A DNA stretch of 60,820 bases, the filler included, from Squatina squatina (taxonomy: Eukaryota), in assembly GCA_031763465.1 (NCBI GenBank). It is 4 parts of 4 records of this genome, joined end to end, with 100 filler letters (N's around TTAATTAATTAA, not from the genome) between each part and the next. Parts side by side here need not be neighbours in the genome. Positions count along the whole stretch, not along the records: positions 46,628 to 60,820 come from JARFOE010000168.1; 3 more parts are not named here. The stretch is one strand, 5' to 3'. Made by a program: the position numbers and the translations under genes. The notes beneath the pieces are model-generated. The model ran no database searches, had not been told where the DNA came from, and saw only the letters and a program-made list of their open reading frames with translations. This document shows, piece after piece, positions 48,586 to 60,820 of the stretch; the stretch's first letter is position 1; each line of letters opens with the position of its first letter.

Positions 48586-49921
48586 GATCAAACTAACCTT
48601 CCCCCCAAAAATATTAGCAATGGAAAATAAATGGTCCTCAAACAAAAAGGATATTGGCACGTTCAGGCTCTCCAGTGTGGTGTAAATGTCTACATTTCAT
48701 CCACAATATGACAGAATTGCGTAAACAAGGGAAACAAATTTTCCATTCAAGCTCAACTCAGCAAGGTCATGCCCTCTGCACACTGCCGGCCAGCTACGAT
48801 ACTGGGGATTTAGTACAAATGCTTTCTGGAGACGGTTTAATTGATCCCAGTGATGCAGCGGCCTCTTGCTATACAAGCAGCCAAGAAAGAACCACTGCCA
48901 TGGATTCCGATCAATTAGGAGCCAAAAAAATCTGAAGAATGACAGCACAGAATTTCAGGCCACTCGTCAAACAGGTGCAAACCTTGCACATGTGTAAATT
49001 AAATGTCAGTCTCGGAAATCAATTCTCCAAGGATGTCTCAAGCTCGCTCCGTATTTTCACAGATTGCACGTACTAAATCTCCCCTGGCTGACAAAGTGCA
49101 GGCGTATCTACCGTATTGGGATGTACCGGGGAGGAGCAAAAAGGACAGGATTGACTGTGTGCTGCCAGCACTGAAAGCTTCAGGACGCCAGTTCTGTTCC
49201 ACATGAAGGCAACCTTCGATCCTCGACACTTCTTTGCATTTTTCCAAGGATGGAGCACAGAATGCGAGTTCATCCAAATGAGACAGCAAATATGAACAAG
49301 TAAATCCAAAAAGGAACAAAGTTATATATTTTTCTTTAAATCAGCAACTGTTTACTTTTAAATATGCAATTTTCACTTTTCCACAATTCTTTTTTAGAGC
49401 TGCATTTGTAACAAATACAGCATTTCTTTCTTTGCCCTAGTCTCTTATTGCTCTGGGCACGCAACATATATTAGGTTTTTTTTTAAAAAGTACCAAAACG
49501 GATCCAGCATTCAAAAAATTAAAAATATTATACAGCATAAAAAGGCTGAAGCCTATCAAATTACATGCCCAATACATAATTTGTAATGATCAAATGCTTT
49601 CACGAGAGGTGAAATTATATTATACGTCCAACACAAAGCACATTTTACTGATTTAAAAACAAAATGCATTAAAAAGGCACAAATAGTGCCTTACATACAA
49701 TCCTGAGGTGCTACAATTAAATTGAGCTGTAGACAAAAATTGCAGGATACAACTCTCTGCCTCTTAATGTACTTACTTACTTACAGCTAACAATACAAGA
49801 TAAAATGAATGAAATACTTCGTAACGCGAGAAGGAAACGGCTTTAATTTATACTTGGGCAAACACCACATGTGTTTACGCAACGGTGTTTTAAAACACCA
49901 CTGTTCCTTTTTTGGGCACTT

Positions 49922-50116
49922 ACATAGAAACATAGAAAATAGGAGCAGGAGTAGGCCATTCGGCCCTTCAAGCCTGCTCCGCCATTCAATATGATCATGG
50001 CTGATCCTGTATCTCAACTCCACGTTCCCGCTTTCTCCCCATATCCCTTGATGCCTTTAGTATCTAGAAATCTACCGACTTCTTTCTTGAACATATTCAA
50101 TGACTCGGCCTCCTCA
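49922..50116 (-). mobile_element. CR1 3' end
   Basis: acatagaaacatagaaaataggagcaggagtaggccattcggccc... tail. Confidence 0.9.
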
Positions 50117-50454
50117 NNNNNNNNNNNNNNNNNNNNNNNNNNNNNNNNNNNNNNNNNNNNNNNNNNNNNNNNNNNNNNNNNNNNNNNNNNNNNNNNNNNN
50201 NNNNNNNNNNNNNNNNCAGATGTATGAATACAGCCAGAACCAAGACTATCAGCATTCCCCAGCCCTCTGGAAATGGTGACTGTTTCTTCCTCCTCCTGTG
50301 GTTGCCATTTCGATGAATTGGATGCTTATTATTGGTTAGAAGTGTGATGCCCTACTGAGACCCCACAGGCTGCAGTGAACATCAGCTCAGGCTGTTAGAG
50401 TCACTCTCAGAACCATTTTACACTTTGAGATCTTCCACACATCCAATTGTTAAA

Positions 50455-50710
50455 GAAAGAAAGGCTTGAATTTCTATAGCGCCTTTCACAACCACCAGAC
50501 ATCCCAAAGAGCTTTACAGCCAATGAAGTACTTTTTGGAGTGTAGGCGCTTCATAGGAGTGTTAGGAGACAAAACAAAATTGACACCAAGCCACACAAGG
50601 AGAAATTAGGGCAGCAGCTAATTGCGCACAGCAAGATCCCGCAGTCAGCAATGTGATAATGACCAGTTCATCTGTTTTAGTGATGTTGGCTGAGGGATAA
50701 ATATTGGCCA
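50455..50710 (-). mobile_element. DeuSINE 3' half with an embedded L2 segment
   Basis: SINE tail, then an L2 3' sequence at 50546-50614, then the Deu domain resumes. Confidence 0.75.
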
Positions 50711-52527
50711 CATTAATAGCATTATAGAGAACAAGAGGAATATCCAAGTTCCATATTTTCATTTTTTTTAAATCTGGTTTAACCTTGTAAAATAAAACAT
50801 TGCAATTTTCAGTTTGCCCACCTCACGCTGCGATGGTTTTCCGGGCAAAAGTTTTATTTATAGGAGAAAAAAAATCTTGGCTTCAATCCAAAAACCCATC
50901 TATTGTTAACTGGTGCCTGCAGCCGTCTGCCTATTAATGTTTGCTTAAACTGCACTGGGTCAAAAGGTGGATGAACTCATCAACAGGTAATTTTGAGGAC
51001 AGACAGTTCCAGGGACGAACGATTAACTGCATGGTTGCAGAAGTGTGGAGAGGAAAAGGAGGCAGCAGAGGAAAGGCAGAGCATCGAACACAACTGATCA
51101 TTGTACCTACGCGTTGCTTTAATCAATGGAAAATGAACACATTATTCAGCAGTGAGACACATTTTAATTAGAAGGTGCACGTTCACCAAACTGCTGTACT
51201 GTGGGTTAAAGATGGAGTATCAAATCTTTCACTCTTGTCAGTTTTACGATTTAAATCTCGGCCAACTAAAGATCTGACCCGACTATTGCCTTCTTTTAAA
51301 GCAAGTATTGACAGAAAATCGCTGCTTGGCTTCAAAAGGATAATGCAGCTTAAAACATTCAAGCTCATAAAAGTAATATTGACTGCAATGCCAGATTATA
51401 AATGTATCTCCGTTTATCTTCTCCAAGTGCTAGTCACCCCAGGCATGTGTGTGTTTGTGGTTTGAAAGTTGCAAGGCAGCAAAGGAGTTAAACCATCGAC
51501 TCTCCATCACACATTAAGCATTCCCTCAATCGTTACCTCATATTGACCATTCCTCTACTAGCGTTACAACAAACGTTGCAGGGAGGTAGGATTTATTTGT
51601 TTAAGAGGTGAAACCTTGGGAACACACACACACACAAAGGAAGAGACGCAGGCCGTTAGTGACGTGGACGAGACTGCCCAGNNNNNNNNNNNNNNNNNNN
51701 NNNNNNNNNNNNNNNNNNNNNNNNNNNNNNNNNNNNNNNNNNNNNNNNNNNNNNNNNNNNNNNNNNNNNNNNNNNNNNNNNTTTTTTTTCTCTTCCCCCA
51801 CCTCCTTCTCTTTCTCTCTCTCTTTTTCTCAATGAACCTTTTAACGAGATCTGCGGGGGCACATCAACTCTCTGGACGCTCACTCACACTTGTACATCTC
51901 TGCCTGCACGCTGATAAAAGACACTTTCTAAAAGTTGGATTATTTCCATGAAATGCAAAAGTTTTTTTTTAAAACTCCCTCCTTCAGATTTCTAAATAGA
52001 CCCCCTATTTCTTTTTTTCCCCCAAAAAAAGGAAGTTGTTACTACTGGGCTGCTGCATACATTTTATTTTAAACCTACATTTTTTTTTCTGGAGTCACGC
52101 TTTAGTTCAGACATAGACGGAACATGATTTGCCCTCTACGCCGTTGCTAACTTGGCCCATTTAAACATCGCAGTCTGTCAGGGCAAGGAGAGGGGGGTGC
52201 GTAACACACGACACAGTGACATTTTTCTGTCCAATTAATGATGGAATATTTCCTCCTCCGCCGCTCAGATTCCGTGCCTCCCTGACTTTGACAGACATTT
52301 GCAACCAAATGAAATGATTGCTCCGTTTCGATTTCAAGAAAGCGGGGCCTCCAAATGCAGGGTGGTCATCTTAGCTCCAAGGTGTTCATCCACACAGCAT
52401 TGTTTAACCATTAAACCCAGGAACAGGGCATCTTGTCCAGGGTATGATTACAACGTTTGCTAATATCTTTAATTATTTGAAGTAAGTAAAACATTGTAAC
52501 ATCGTTAGTAATTTTAGGGATTAATGT

Positions 52528-52795
52528 CATAGAATCTCACAGCACAGAAGGAGGCCATTCGGCCCATTGTGCCAGTGCCGGCTCTTTGGTAGAGCGCTCC
52601 AATTACTCCCACTCCCCCGTTCTTTCTCCATATTTGTTCCCCTTCAAGTATTTATCCAATTCTCTTTTGAATGTTACTATTGAATCTGCTTCCACCAACC
52701 CTTTCAGGAGATCATTATATCTCACTGTGTATAAAATGTTTCCCCATGTCGCCTCTGGCTCTTTTGCCAACCGCCTGAAATCTGTGTCCTCTGGC
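52528..52795 (-). mobile_element. CR1-type 3' end
   Basis: catagaatctcacagcacagaaggaggccattcggcccatt...ttcaagtatttatccaattc. Confidence 0.8.
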
Positions 52796-53964
52796 TATTA
52801 TTTCTTAGTTCTGCCCTCGCCACACCACCATCACCATCAACAGGTCTCACTCAGAATGGAGTGACCGCGTGACAAATATCTTTTGCCTTCTCCCTCAATG
52901 GAATAATTCGCTATCACAAAGTGCATCGCTTCTCGGTCTCTCCAAGATGTGATCCAAACATCTACCTGTGGCAGACAGGATGAAGTAACGTTCAGGTACC
53001 ATTNNNNNNNNNNNNNNNNNNNNNNNNNNNNNNNNNNNNNNNNNNNNNNNNNNNNNNNNNNNNNNNNNNNNNNNNNNNNNNNNNNNNNNNNNNNNNNNNN
53101 NNNACTTGAGAAGAGTTCACTGATTTTTTTGAGAATACAGATACAAGACTCGTTCACATACTGAAGTCAATTTTACACTCGAGAGTGCTCCATTGACACC
53201 TTACAGCCTCATACCAACCGAGGGAGTTTCAAGCCCGCATTATAATAGAACGGAACTGCCTTGAAATATGATATAAAACTGTAAAAAGGGGAAACCACAT
53301 TATTGTGGGAGTTCTAAGACTATTAGCATTTTCATGAGATTCTTCATGAGCATTTGTCCTTAAACACTTTTGACGCGACAGTGAAAAGGTTTTAGTGAGA
53401 GATGATAAACAATTGAGGGCAAAGACCTTATACTTTTTCAGAAGATCTTATGAAGACAGTGATGTAATGAGCCAGCGCACTGTGCCATAGACTTGGGACG
53501 CTGGTTCGACTCCCAGCCTCCACTGAACTTCACACACAGGCTTCGCCCAGATGGTGATCATCAACCTTGGCAGGATCAGTAGGCACGGAACTGAGTGTGC
53601 ACGGCTGACTGAAGGGAGGGAGAATTTGGCACACTTCCCACTTTGGGTCACACTGCAGCACTCTTTATTGGCTGGGCACAGACAGTGACATTGGCAGAGG
53701 ATGTGAAGGTATCCATGGATACCTGCCTTTGCTCTCAGCTGCAATCCAGGATGCCTGGCCCAGGAGATTTCAAAGGGGTGAAAGTGGGGATTTAGAAATA
53801 TGTGATTTATGGGAATTATACAAACAGGAAATTTTGCCTTGCAAGGCAGAAATTCCTACCAACATTCCTGCACGCAGGCCTTAGTGAGCATCCAATTTAG
53901 TGTCATCAGAAATTGTGGCTAATGCATCATATCTGCCACAAATTTTACCGTAAACATTATTCTT

Positions 53965-54044
53965 GCCCTGGTTTGTGCTGAGTTAGCTAACCTTAACCAG
54001 GGAGGTATGCTAAAATTGGCTCAATGGACCTGAGCTGGAGAGAG
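53965..54044 (+). mobile_element. AmnSINE2-like fragment
   Basis: cctggtttgtgctgagttagctaacctt...aattggctca. Confidence 0.5.
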
Positions 54045-54171
54045 AAAGAAAGACTTGCATTTCTATAGCACCTTTCACGACCTCAGGACATCCCAAAGTT
54101 CTTTACAGGCAATGAAGTACTTTTTGAAGTGTAGTCACTGTTGTAATGTGGGAAACGCGACAGCCAATTTG
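54045..54171 (-). mobile_element. DeuSINE 3' end (rest in gap)
   Basis: gaaagacttgcatttctatagcacctttcacgacctcaggacatcccaaag. Confidence 0.85.
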
Positions 54172-56671
54172 NNNNNNNNNNNNNNNNNNNNNNNNNNNNN
54201 NNNNNNNNNNNNNNNNNNNNNNNNNNNNNNNNNNNNNNNNNNNNNNNNNNNNNNNNNNNNNNNNNNNNNNNNNNNNNNNNNNNNNNNNNNNNNNNNNNNN
54301 NNNNNNNNNNNNNNNNNNNNNNNNNNNNNNNNNNNNNNNNNNNNNNNNNNNNNNNNNNNNNNNNNNNNNNNNNNNNNNNNNNNNNNNNNNNNNNNNNNNN
54401 NNNNNNNNNNNNNNNNNNNNNNNNNNNNNNNNNNNNNNNNNNNNNNNNNNNNNNNNNNNNNNNNNNNNNNNNNNNNNNNNNNNNNNNNNNNNNNNNNNNN
54501 NNNNNNNNNNNNNNNNNNNNNNNNNNNNNNNNNNNNNNNNNNNNNNNNNNNNNNNNNNNNNNNNNNNNNNNNNNNNNNNNNNNNNNNNNNNNNNNNNNNN
54601 NNNNNNNNNNNNNNNNNNNNNNNNNNNNNNNNNNNNNNNNNNNNNNNNNNNNNNNNNNNNNNNNGTACCCAGAATTGGACAAAATAATCCAGTTGTGGTC
54701 AAACCAGTGTTTTATAAAGGTTATGTTTTCATCTTGTTTACAGAAAGTGTGTAATAAAATAATCTGGGGTACTACACAGTCCCCTCATCCTGAGGTATAT
54801 TTAACAAATGATTTTGTCTTTGTTACTTAACAAAGGAGATGCATAGCCTGAAATCTCCCAAGTCATTAGGTACTCCGTTAATAATACCTGTCACTAAAAA
54901 TACAGAAGGACTTTTTTTGTTGGGTTTATAGAATATGTAGTAATGTGAAGGCTGAAAGAAGACCTTCTAGTAATGAATGGTTGCTATGCATTCTCTGTCT
55001 AAAGCACATGCTGAAAACAGAATTATGCATTGTGCCTAGTTCATTAAATTGCGCACAATAATTAATCATTGTCAAAATCATAAACCACTCTATTTAGCTA
55101 AGTATAAAAAATAGTTCCTCTTTAAATTCGCCTCACTAAATCTAACCTAATTCCAAACCAGTTTTATTCTTTGCCATTCTCCTTGGAAATCTGTCTGAGA
55201 ATGGGAAGCAGAAAAAGGCTTTGTTTGCAATTGATTTGCTTTTATGATGCACAAGAGAGGTTTTTATATATATATATAGCGTGTTAAAAGAAAAAGATAA
55301 AAAATCTGTGAATGCTGTAACATTGATCTGTTCTGTTGAACTGTTTTTTTCCTGGTACATGAGTCGAGTTAAATTGGTTTTTATTTTACTGCAACAATAA
55401 AACATAATGAAAAATGGGGCTGGCATTGTTTCAGATATTTCAGTAAAATCTGCTTTGGTTCTTCTTCAGAGAGACCCACATATAGAAAGGCTTGGCAAAT
55501 TTGTATCTATTTAATAATGGCTGCGTTAATCCACAGATAGCAATGAGATGATCTCCAACGAGTGTAAAATTAGTGATTTTTAGAAAGCTGATGTACCATT
55601 CAGGATAATAACCCACATATTCTTAATTTTGGAAAGCAGTGGGTTTTATTTTACTTTGATTTATGAAGAGAAAATGCAGCCATTTTACTAAAAAAAAAAT
55701 TGGGGGGAGGGGGGGATAAAAGTGCATGTGATTTGTCTACAGTAATTGAGATGGATGTGAAATAGAGGATTGTCTTTGGGGGGATCCATTCCACACAATG
55801 GCCGAGAAATTTGGGCACGTTCATTTTTGGTCACTGCAGGCCGATTCATCGGGCCTTCAGTAATACAGCGGCTCGCAATGACCTGCTCCAAACTGGAAAA
55901 TCATTTCCCTCCCCGGGCAGCAACACTTGACGGCTTGGCTCCTCTTTCCTGATAATAAGAGGCCCTTAAAGAGGCAGTGTGTCGGCTGATGAACTGAGAT
56001 AGTGTGGGGTTGGCGTTATTAAAAAAAAAAGGGTCACAAAACCACACAAAGACATTGCACCAGTTGCTCCCTACACCTCGCTCCATATGCAACAAATTGA
56101 ACCACAGAACAGGAGAACTTTAATAGAGGAAAGAAATNNNNNNNNNNNNNNNNNNNNNNNNNNNNNNNNNNNNNNNNNNNNNNNNNNNNNNNNNNNNNNN
56201 NNNNNNNNNNNNNNNNNNNNNNNNNNNNNNNNNNNNNTAAACTGAATAAAACAATTATTGAAAATGTGTTTTGATTTGATGGCTTAACCTACCGATGGCA
56301 GTAAATTACAAATTGAGATTATGAAAAATTGCATTCCAACAGTTGCTTGGTAATTATGCATAATTACCTCATGGTAACAGCCCACAGATATGATTCTGGT
56401 CTATATTAGAAAAGTATAATTTATTTAAATGCTAGAAATGATACATAGTTAAATATTGTGATTCATATTAAAGTATATCACATCATTAAAAGATATATTT
56501 ATATATTACTTACAGGTTTAGTGAAACCAGTAACCATTAATATGTATTAAATAATTATAAACTAAATGCATAAATATATCTTACACTATTAAAAGGAATA
56601 GATAGATTGCAAAATCTCTAGATTTGCAATGGGTTATGTTGCCATAAATATGTCTGTTGGATATTAAAGCA

Positions 56672-56812
56672 AGAAGCATTTATATAGCACTTTTAATGTA
56701 GAAAAGCCTTCCAAGGTGCTTCACAGAGGTGGAAGAAGAATAGATACTGAGCCTCTGTGGGAGCATTTGGAGAGGTGCTGAAAATCATGGTCAGAGATTT
56801 TAGGATGGGGAG
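56672..56812 (-). mobile_element. Degenerate L2 3' end
   Basis: gcatttatatagcacttttaatgtagaaaagccttccaaggtgcttcacagagg. Confidence 0.6.
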
Positions 56813-56817
56813 GGAAA

Positions 56818-57041
56818 TGACCATTGACCAGAAACTAAACTGGACCAGCCACATGAATACTGTGGCTACAACAGGAGGAGAGAGGCTGGGTATTCTGCGG
56901 CGAGTGTCTCAGCTCCTGACTCCCCAAAGCCTTTCCCACCATCTACAAGGCACAGGTCAGCAGTGTGATGGAATACTCTCTACTCGCTTGGATGAGTGCA
57001 GCTGCAACAACACTCAAGAAGCTCAACACCATCCAAATCAA
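56818..57041 (+). mobile_element. Non-LTR retrotransposon RT C-terminal fragment (CR1/L2/Jockey group)
   Basis: TIDQKLNWTSHMNTVA...LGILRRVSQLLTP, then a frameshift, then TIYKAQV..VMEYS.LAW....TLKKLNTIQ. Confidence 0.85.
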
Positions 57042-57141
57042 NNNNNNNNNNNNNNNNNNNNNNNNNNNNNNNNNNNNNNNNNNNNNNNNNNNNNNNNNNN
57101 NNNNNNNNNNNNNNNNNNNNNNNNNNNNNNNNNNNNNNNNN

Positions 57142-57314
57142 TCACACTCTCCAGTGTGCAAGAGATCGAGACATTAAGTTTTAGCGCCAACGCTAACCCA
57201 TCGAAGTTCGCAGGCACAGGTGATTTTGTCACACCCAGTTGGTAAGCCCTTAGTGCCCCATTATCGCCCCCCGAGGCGCTAATGGGAGGCTTAAAGGAGG
57301 CCAATTGCTCCCCC
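57142..57314. mobile_element. Harbinger-like element end
   Basis: Ends in ggaggccaattgctccccc|tca. Confidence 0.45.
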
Positions 57315-57362
57315 TCAGTCTTCTCATAGTTCAGTCATTGATGAAATTAAGTTAGCCTCTAT

Positions 57363-58687
57363 GGACTGAACCTTAACTCCCAAAGACGGGTGTGTTGGGG
57401 TTGGGTGAAATGGTAAAACTTTCAAGATCTCAAACCTGACCCCAACCCTCCCACTTCCGGGTTTAAAGGAGGAGGGACAAAGGGCAGGCAGCCATCCTGC
57501 TCCCAGGACCACCCCACCGCAAACGTCCAACTAGCAGCAGCAGGCGACTTATCTGTGGCTATGGCCCGCAGCTTCCTGCCCGACTGAAAGCCAAGCCAGT
57601 TAATCGGGCTGACTTCCGAGTGGGGAGCCTGTTAAACCAAAACTACGCAGCATGCGGGGAAACCTGAACTCCACCCTTGCCTACACGGCTCGCCCGTGTC
57701 AAGATACTGCCTTGTGTGTCAGAGATATTTGTAATTCTGGCACCAGCTATCTGCAAGCTCCCTGTCTCTCTCTCTCTCTCTCTCTGGCTGAGAGGGCTGC
57801 AGATATGCCACTTATTTTCAGGGTATCCTTCGCTATGAGCTGTACTATTTGTGGTGGCCCACCTCCAGTCCTATCCCTGTCCCTTGCATTTTGCGCTCTC
57901 TTCTCCTAGAAGACACAAGGAAGCAGACCAGTGAGTGAGTGAAGGTGAGGTATTCAACCGATGGATACAGTGCGTTTGGTGAGGGTACGTATGAGACACA
58001 TGCATCACATTGCATAAGGATTTGGGTGAGTGCCAACAGTGGATGGATAAATGGGTAGGTGGTGATGTACATAGCAAGTGAAGGCTGGGTGCTGCTGAAA
58101 GTTGAGTGGGTGTGAGGAGTGATGTGATGGAGAACATTTAACAAGACAGAGTGAAAGGCGGGGCTTAAAGCACAGGATGTAGTTGAATCAGCAAATGTAC
58201 TCATTTTTCCTGATCTGGTTAGGTCATTAAATCACTTCCTACATTGCGTCCATGACCTGGGCACAACACTTCTGCTGCTCACCTCCTCAACCACCTCCAT
58301 CTGCACCATCTTGGTGGGGGCAGCAGGTTTCTTCCTCCCATTGCTGGGCAAAAGTATGCCCCTCTTCCTTCTGACTGCACCCAGCAGTAATTCCAGTGAG
58401 GCATCGTTTCATCAGGGTGCTGCCTTTGCTCTGTGTCCAACAGCCATCCTGAACACCTCCAATTTCCATTTGTGCAGTTACCCTTTAAATACAGCTTAGA
58501 TGGCATCATCCGTGTGCGCATCACGCCCGCTGCGAAGCTTGGAGATGCCAAACCCGGAAGTCAAAATGAATTTGGTGCAATTGAGTTGAGGTTGCAGATT
58601 CCGACCCGCTCAGTTAACATCCAGGTTTCCCCCACGCAATTCCACCCCCCGCTGCACGGAAGCCACCTTCAGACTAAGGTCGGTGCC
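57363..58687 (-). mobile_element. Non-autonomous Harbinger element with a Myb/SANT pseudogene exon (~58205-58470)
   Basis: Minus-strand NDASLELLLGAVRRKRGILLPSNGRKKP / EVVEEVSSRSVVPRSWTQCRK*FNDLTRSGK, upstream TATTTAAAGGG and imperfect termini ggactgaacctta / taaggtcggtgcc|tta. Confidence 0.7.
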
Positions 58688-60473
58688 TTAGGTTCTGCTT
58701 CCTCAATATTTATCAAAATAGATTTTTCTTGCTTCCAGATATATTTTTTCGGCATGCTTTCACATTTAGACATGTACAGAAAATCAACGGGGATTTTACA
58801 GGAAAAATATTGTAAGGTACAGGAAAAACGTGACCTTGATCTGGGAACATTATCGACAGCAGAGATAAATCAGGGGCGAGGCAGGTAAGTTCTTTTCTTG
58901 AGGTTCTGTAACATTCACTGAAGGAGCTTCAGCGGGCAGCAGCACTATCTGATTCTGGCTCATAATGCCATGTAAAGGCAGCAGTGTTCCACAGCTGCTA
59001 CAATTATATTTTTTCCAATATATAGATAAGAACTAAAGAAGTCTATCTGGTGACATAAATCTTTATAGTGCCAGTCACTGTGAAGATATTAAAAGTTTTT
59101 GCAGCGAAAGATCAATTTCAACACTGCACACTTCACACGCTTAAACAGCCTGACCTCTGGCCTTCACTCCTGGGCTCCTGAAACCAGAGCCAGAACTTAG
59201 GGGTTGAATGGCAGAGGTCAGAGGTGAGTATACAAATCGCACAGTTCCCAAAATTGACTTATGTTGCAAAAAGCCCTGAATACCTTCAGAACAAATGGAT
59301 TTAGGAGACCCATTTGTTTTTGAAGAAGTAGGCCTTTTTTTGTTTAACCACCACCCGCGCTCGCCCCCCACCCAGCTATATGTCGGAAATAAATAATTAA
59401 AGGGTGGCTGTGGGGCACTACAATTTTAAAAGTCTACAGATTTATCTACCAAATTACGAAGGGAGCCCGAGGTTTCTGAGACGTATAATAACCTAGGGAG
59501 ACGTCGAGTGGTCTTGACAGATGGCCAACAGGCAGTGTTGAGCAAAGAAGCCAAACGCAGAAAGGGCTGTAGCTCGAAAATATGACACAGAAAAGGTCCA
59601 CAACTTATTATCTGTTCACAGCTGCCACACGCTACACCTCAAATCGTGGGCATTTCCGACATCGGCTCTCTCAAGTTGGTCATTTTGTGTCAGCCGGTGT
59701 GAGTTAATTTCAGCTTGCATCANNNNNNNNNNNNNNNNNNNNNNNNNNNNNNNNNNNNNNNNNNNNNNNNNNNNNNNNNNNNNNNNNNNNNNNNNNNNNN
59801 NNNNNNNNNNNNNNNNNNNNNNCCAGAGGTCATGAGGTTAAGTCTCGCCCCTCTATCAACGCTAACTGGGCATAAAATGGGGTTTGACTGTAGCACCTTC
59901 CTGATCTGCATGGCTGGATTCCGCATGCAGTTATCAATGGAACCATTAGGGAAACTGTACCTTTCGCTTATTTAAAGCTGCTTCTATCAAATGTAGGGCA
60001 ATTACTGAGCCACCGCTGCACATTGTTGCTCTTATTAAAACTTTTCAGAGGACGGTTAATTTAGAGCTGTAATGAAGTCTTGATGCCTCAAGGGTTTCTT
60101 CATTCTTTTGGACTTCAAAGCTAAAAATTTAGCTTCAAAGCTCCCATTCTTACCCACTTCGGCTTTCCCTAGCTGCGATTTAAATCCTCAGCTGACCACT
60201 TTTGCTTCACTCTGTCTGTCCAATGATGTTTCGAAGCTCAAGATAGTGGTTTTGTTGCTCAGCCAGATCAGCATCCAGCAGACAATATCGCAGCGATGGG
60301 GCTCTCGAAAATTAAATCAGTTTAGAGAATCCAGAGGCTTGGTTCCAATCAACGTTCAGTTGCTTTAAACTGGTTTATCGCATTCATTTTCAGCAGCTGA
60401 ACACTGATTAGATTTAAGCCCTAGGACTTTCTGACTAAAGGGGGGGAAGTGCAATTAGAAATACTGTATCAAT

Positions 60474-60640
60474 CCTTTCACCTCTGGAACCTGGGCTCCG
60501 ATCCAGCCCAGACTGATGGGGCAAAACTGTACTCTCTCCACCAGCTGTAACACTCTGATGTGAAATGACTTTCGACAGTCTCAACCTGGTGAGTACATAT
60601 GCTCAGCAAAACAACAATACTGTATTAGCTAACTTACTCC
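60474..60640 (+). mobile_element. LF-SINE-like degenerate SINE
   Basis: cctttcacctctggaacctgggctccgatccagcccag...gctgt...atgtgaaatga...gtctcaacc...caaaac matches the order of motifs in the LF-SINE 5' half as recalled. Confidence 0.5.
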
Positions 60641-60820
60641 TAAGGATGGCCAGTGTGGAAAATAACGGGTACTTTATGTTAATTGCACAGAATGGAGCTA
60701 GTTTTATGTTTATCTGGCCCATGACATTTTGATTCAAAATGACAGAGCTCATCAGAGAGGAACAACAGGGATAATTCCAGGCCTCTGGGATCTAAGGTAT
60801 GAAGAGAGACTCACAGACAT

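Noticed and set aside
53827-53856. Short palindrome centred on tgccttgcaaggca
   Set aside because: It is short and could be chance or a decayed MITE end.
54055-54754. Long ORFs (~200 aa) and the many other X-containing ORFs
   Set aside because: They are artefacts of translating N gaps.
58740-58890. Plus-strand exon ending in CAG|GTAAGT
   Set aside because: The donor is strong, but the acceptor is ambiguous and the peptide is uninformative.

Overview
Repeat-rich, largely non-coding vertebrate genomic DNA. The repeat spectrum (Deu-domain tRNA SINEs with L2 tails, CR1/HER1-type LINE ends, Penelope-derived ends) points to a cartilaginous fish, probably a shark. It is a fragmented draft assembly with dozens of mostly 100-N gaps, three of which contain an artificial six-frame stop linker (TTAATTAATTAA), so long-range contiguity cannot be trusted. 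Most recognisable content is mobile DNA: one degenerate Ty3/Gypsy internal region (~7.5-10.7 kb), many DeuSINE, CR1 and L2 pieces, a Tx1-like fragment, PIF/Harbinger remnants (Myb/SANT and transposase fragments, TIR ends, a MITE) and two hAT-type MITEs. The only credible host coding piece is a 217-bp exon (168-384) whose peptide resembles a TIR-like domain. The other main oddities are a minimal hammerhead-ribozyme fold in a Penelope-derived end, an LF-SINE-like remnant, a recursive-splice-site-like motif, MITEs carrying tandem NRF1-type palindromes and a SINE/L2 chimera. No complete novel gene system can be supported. Family names come from motif recognition and remembered consensus sequences, not database searches, and most repeat boundaries are approximate.
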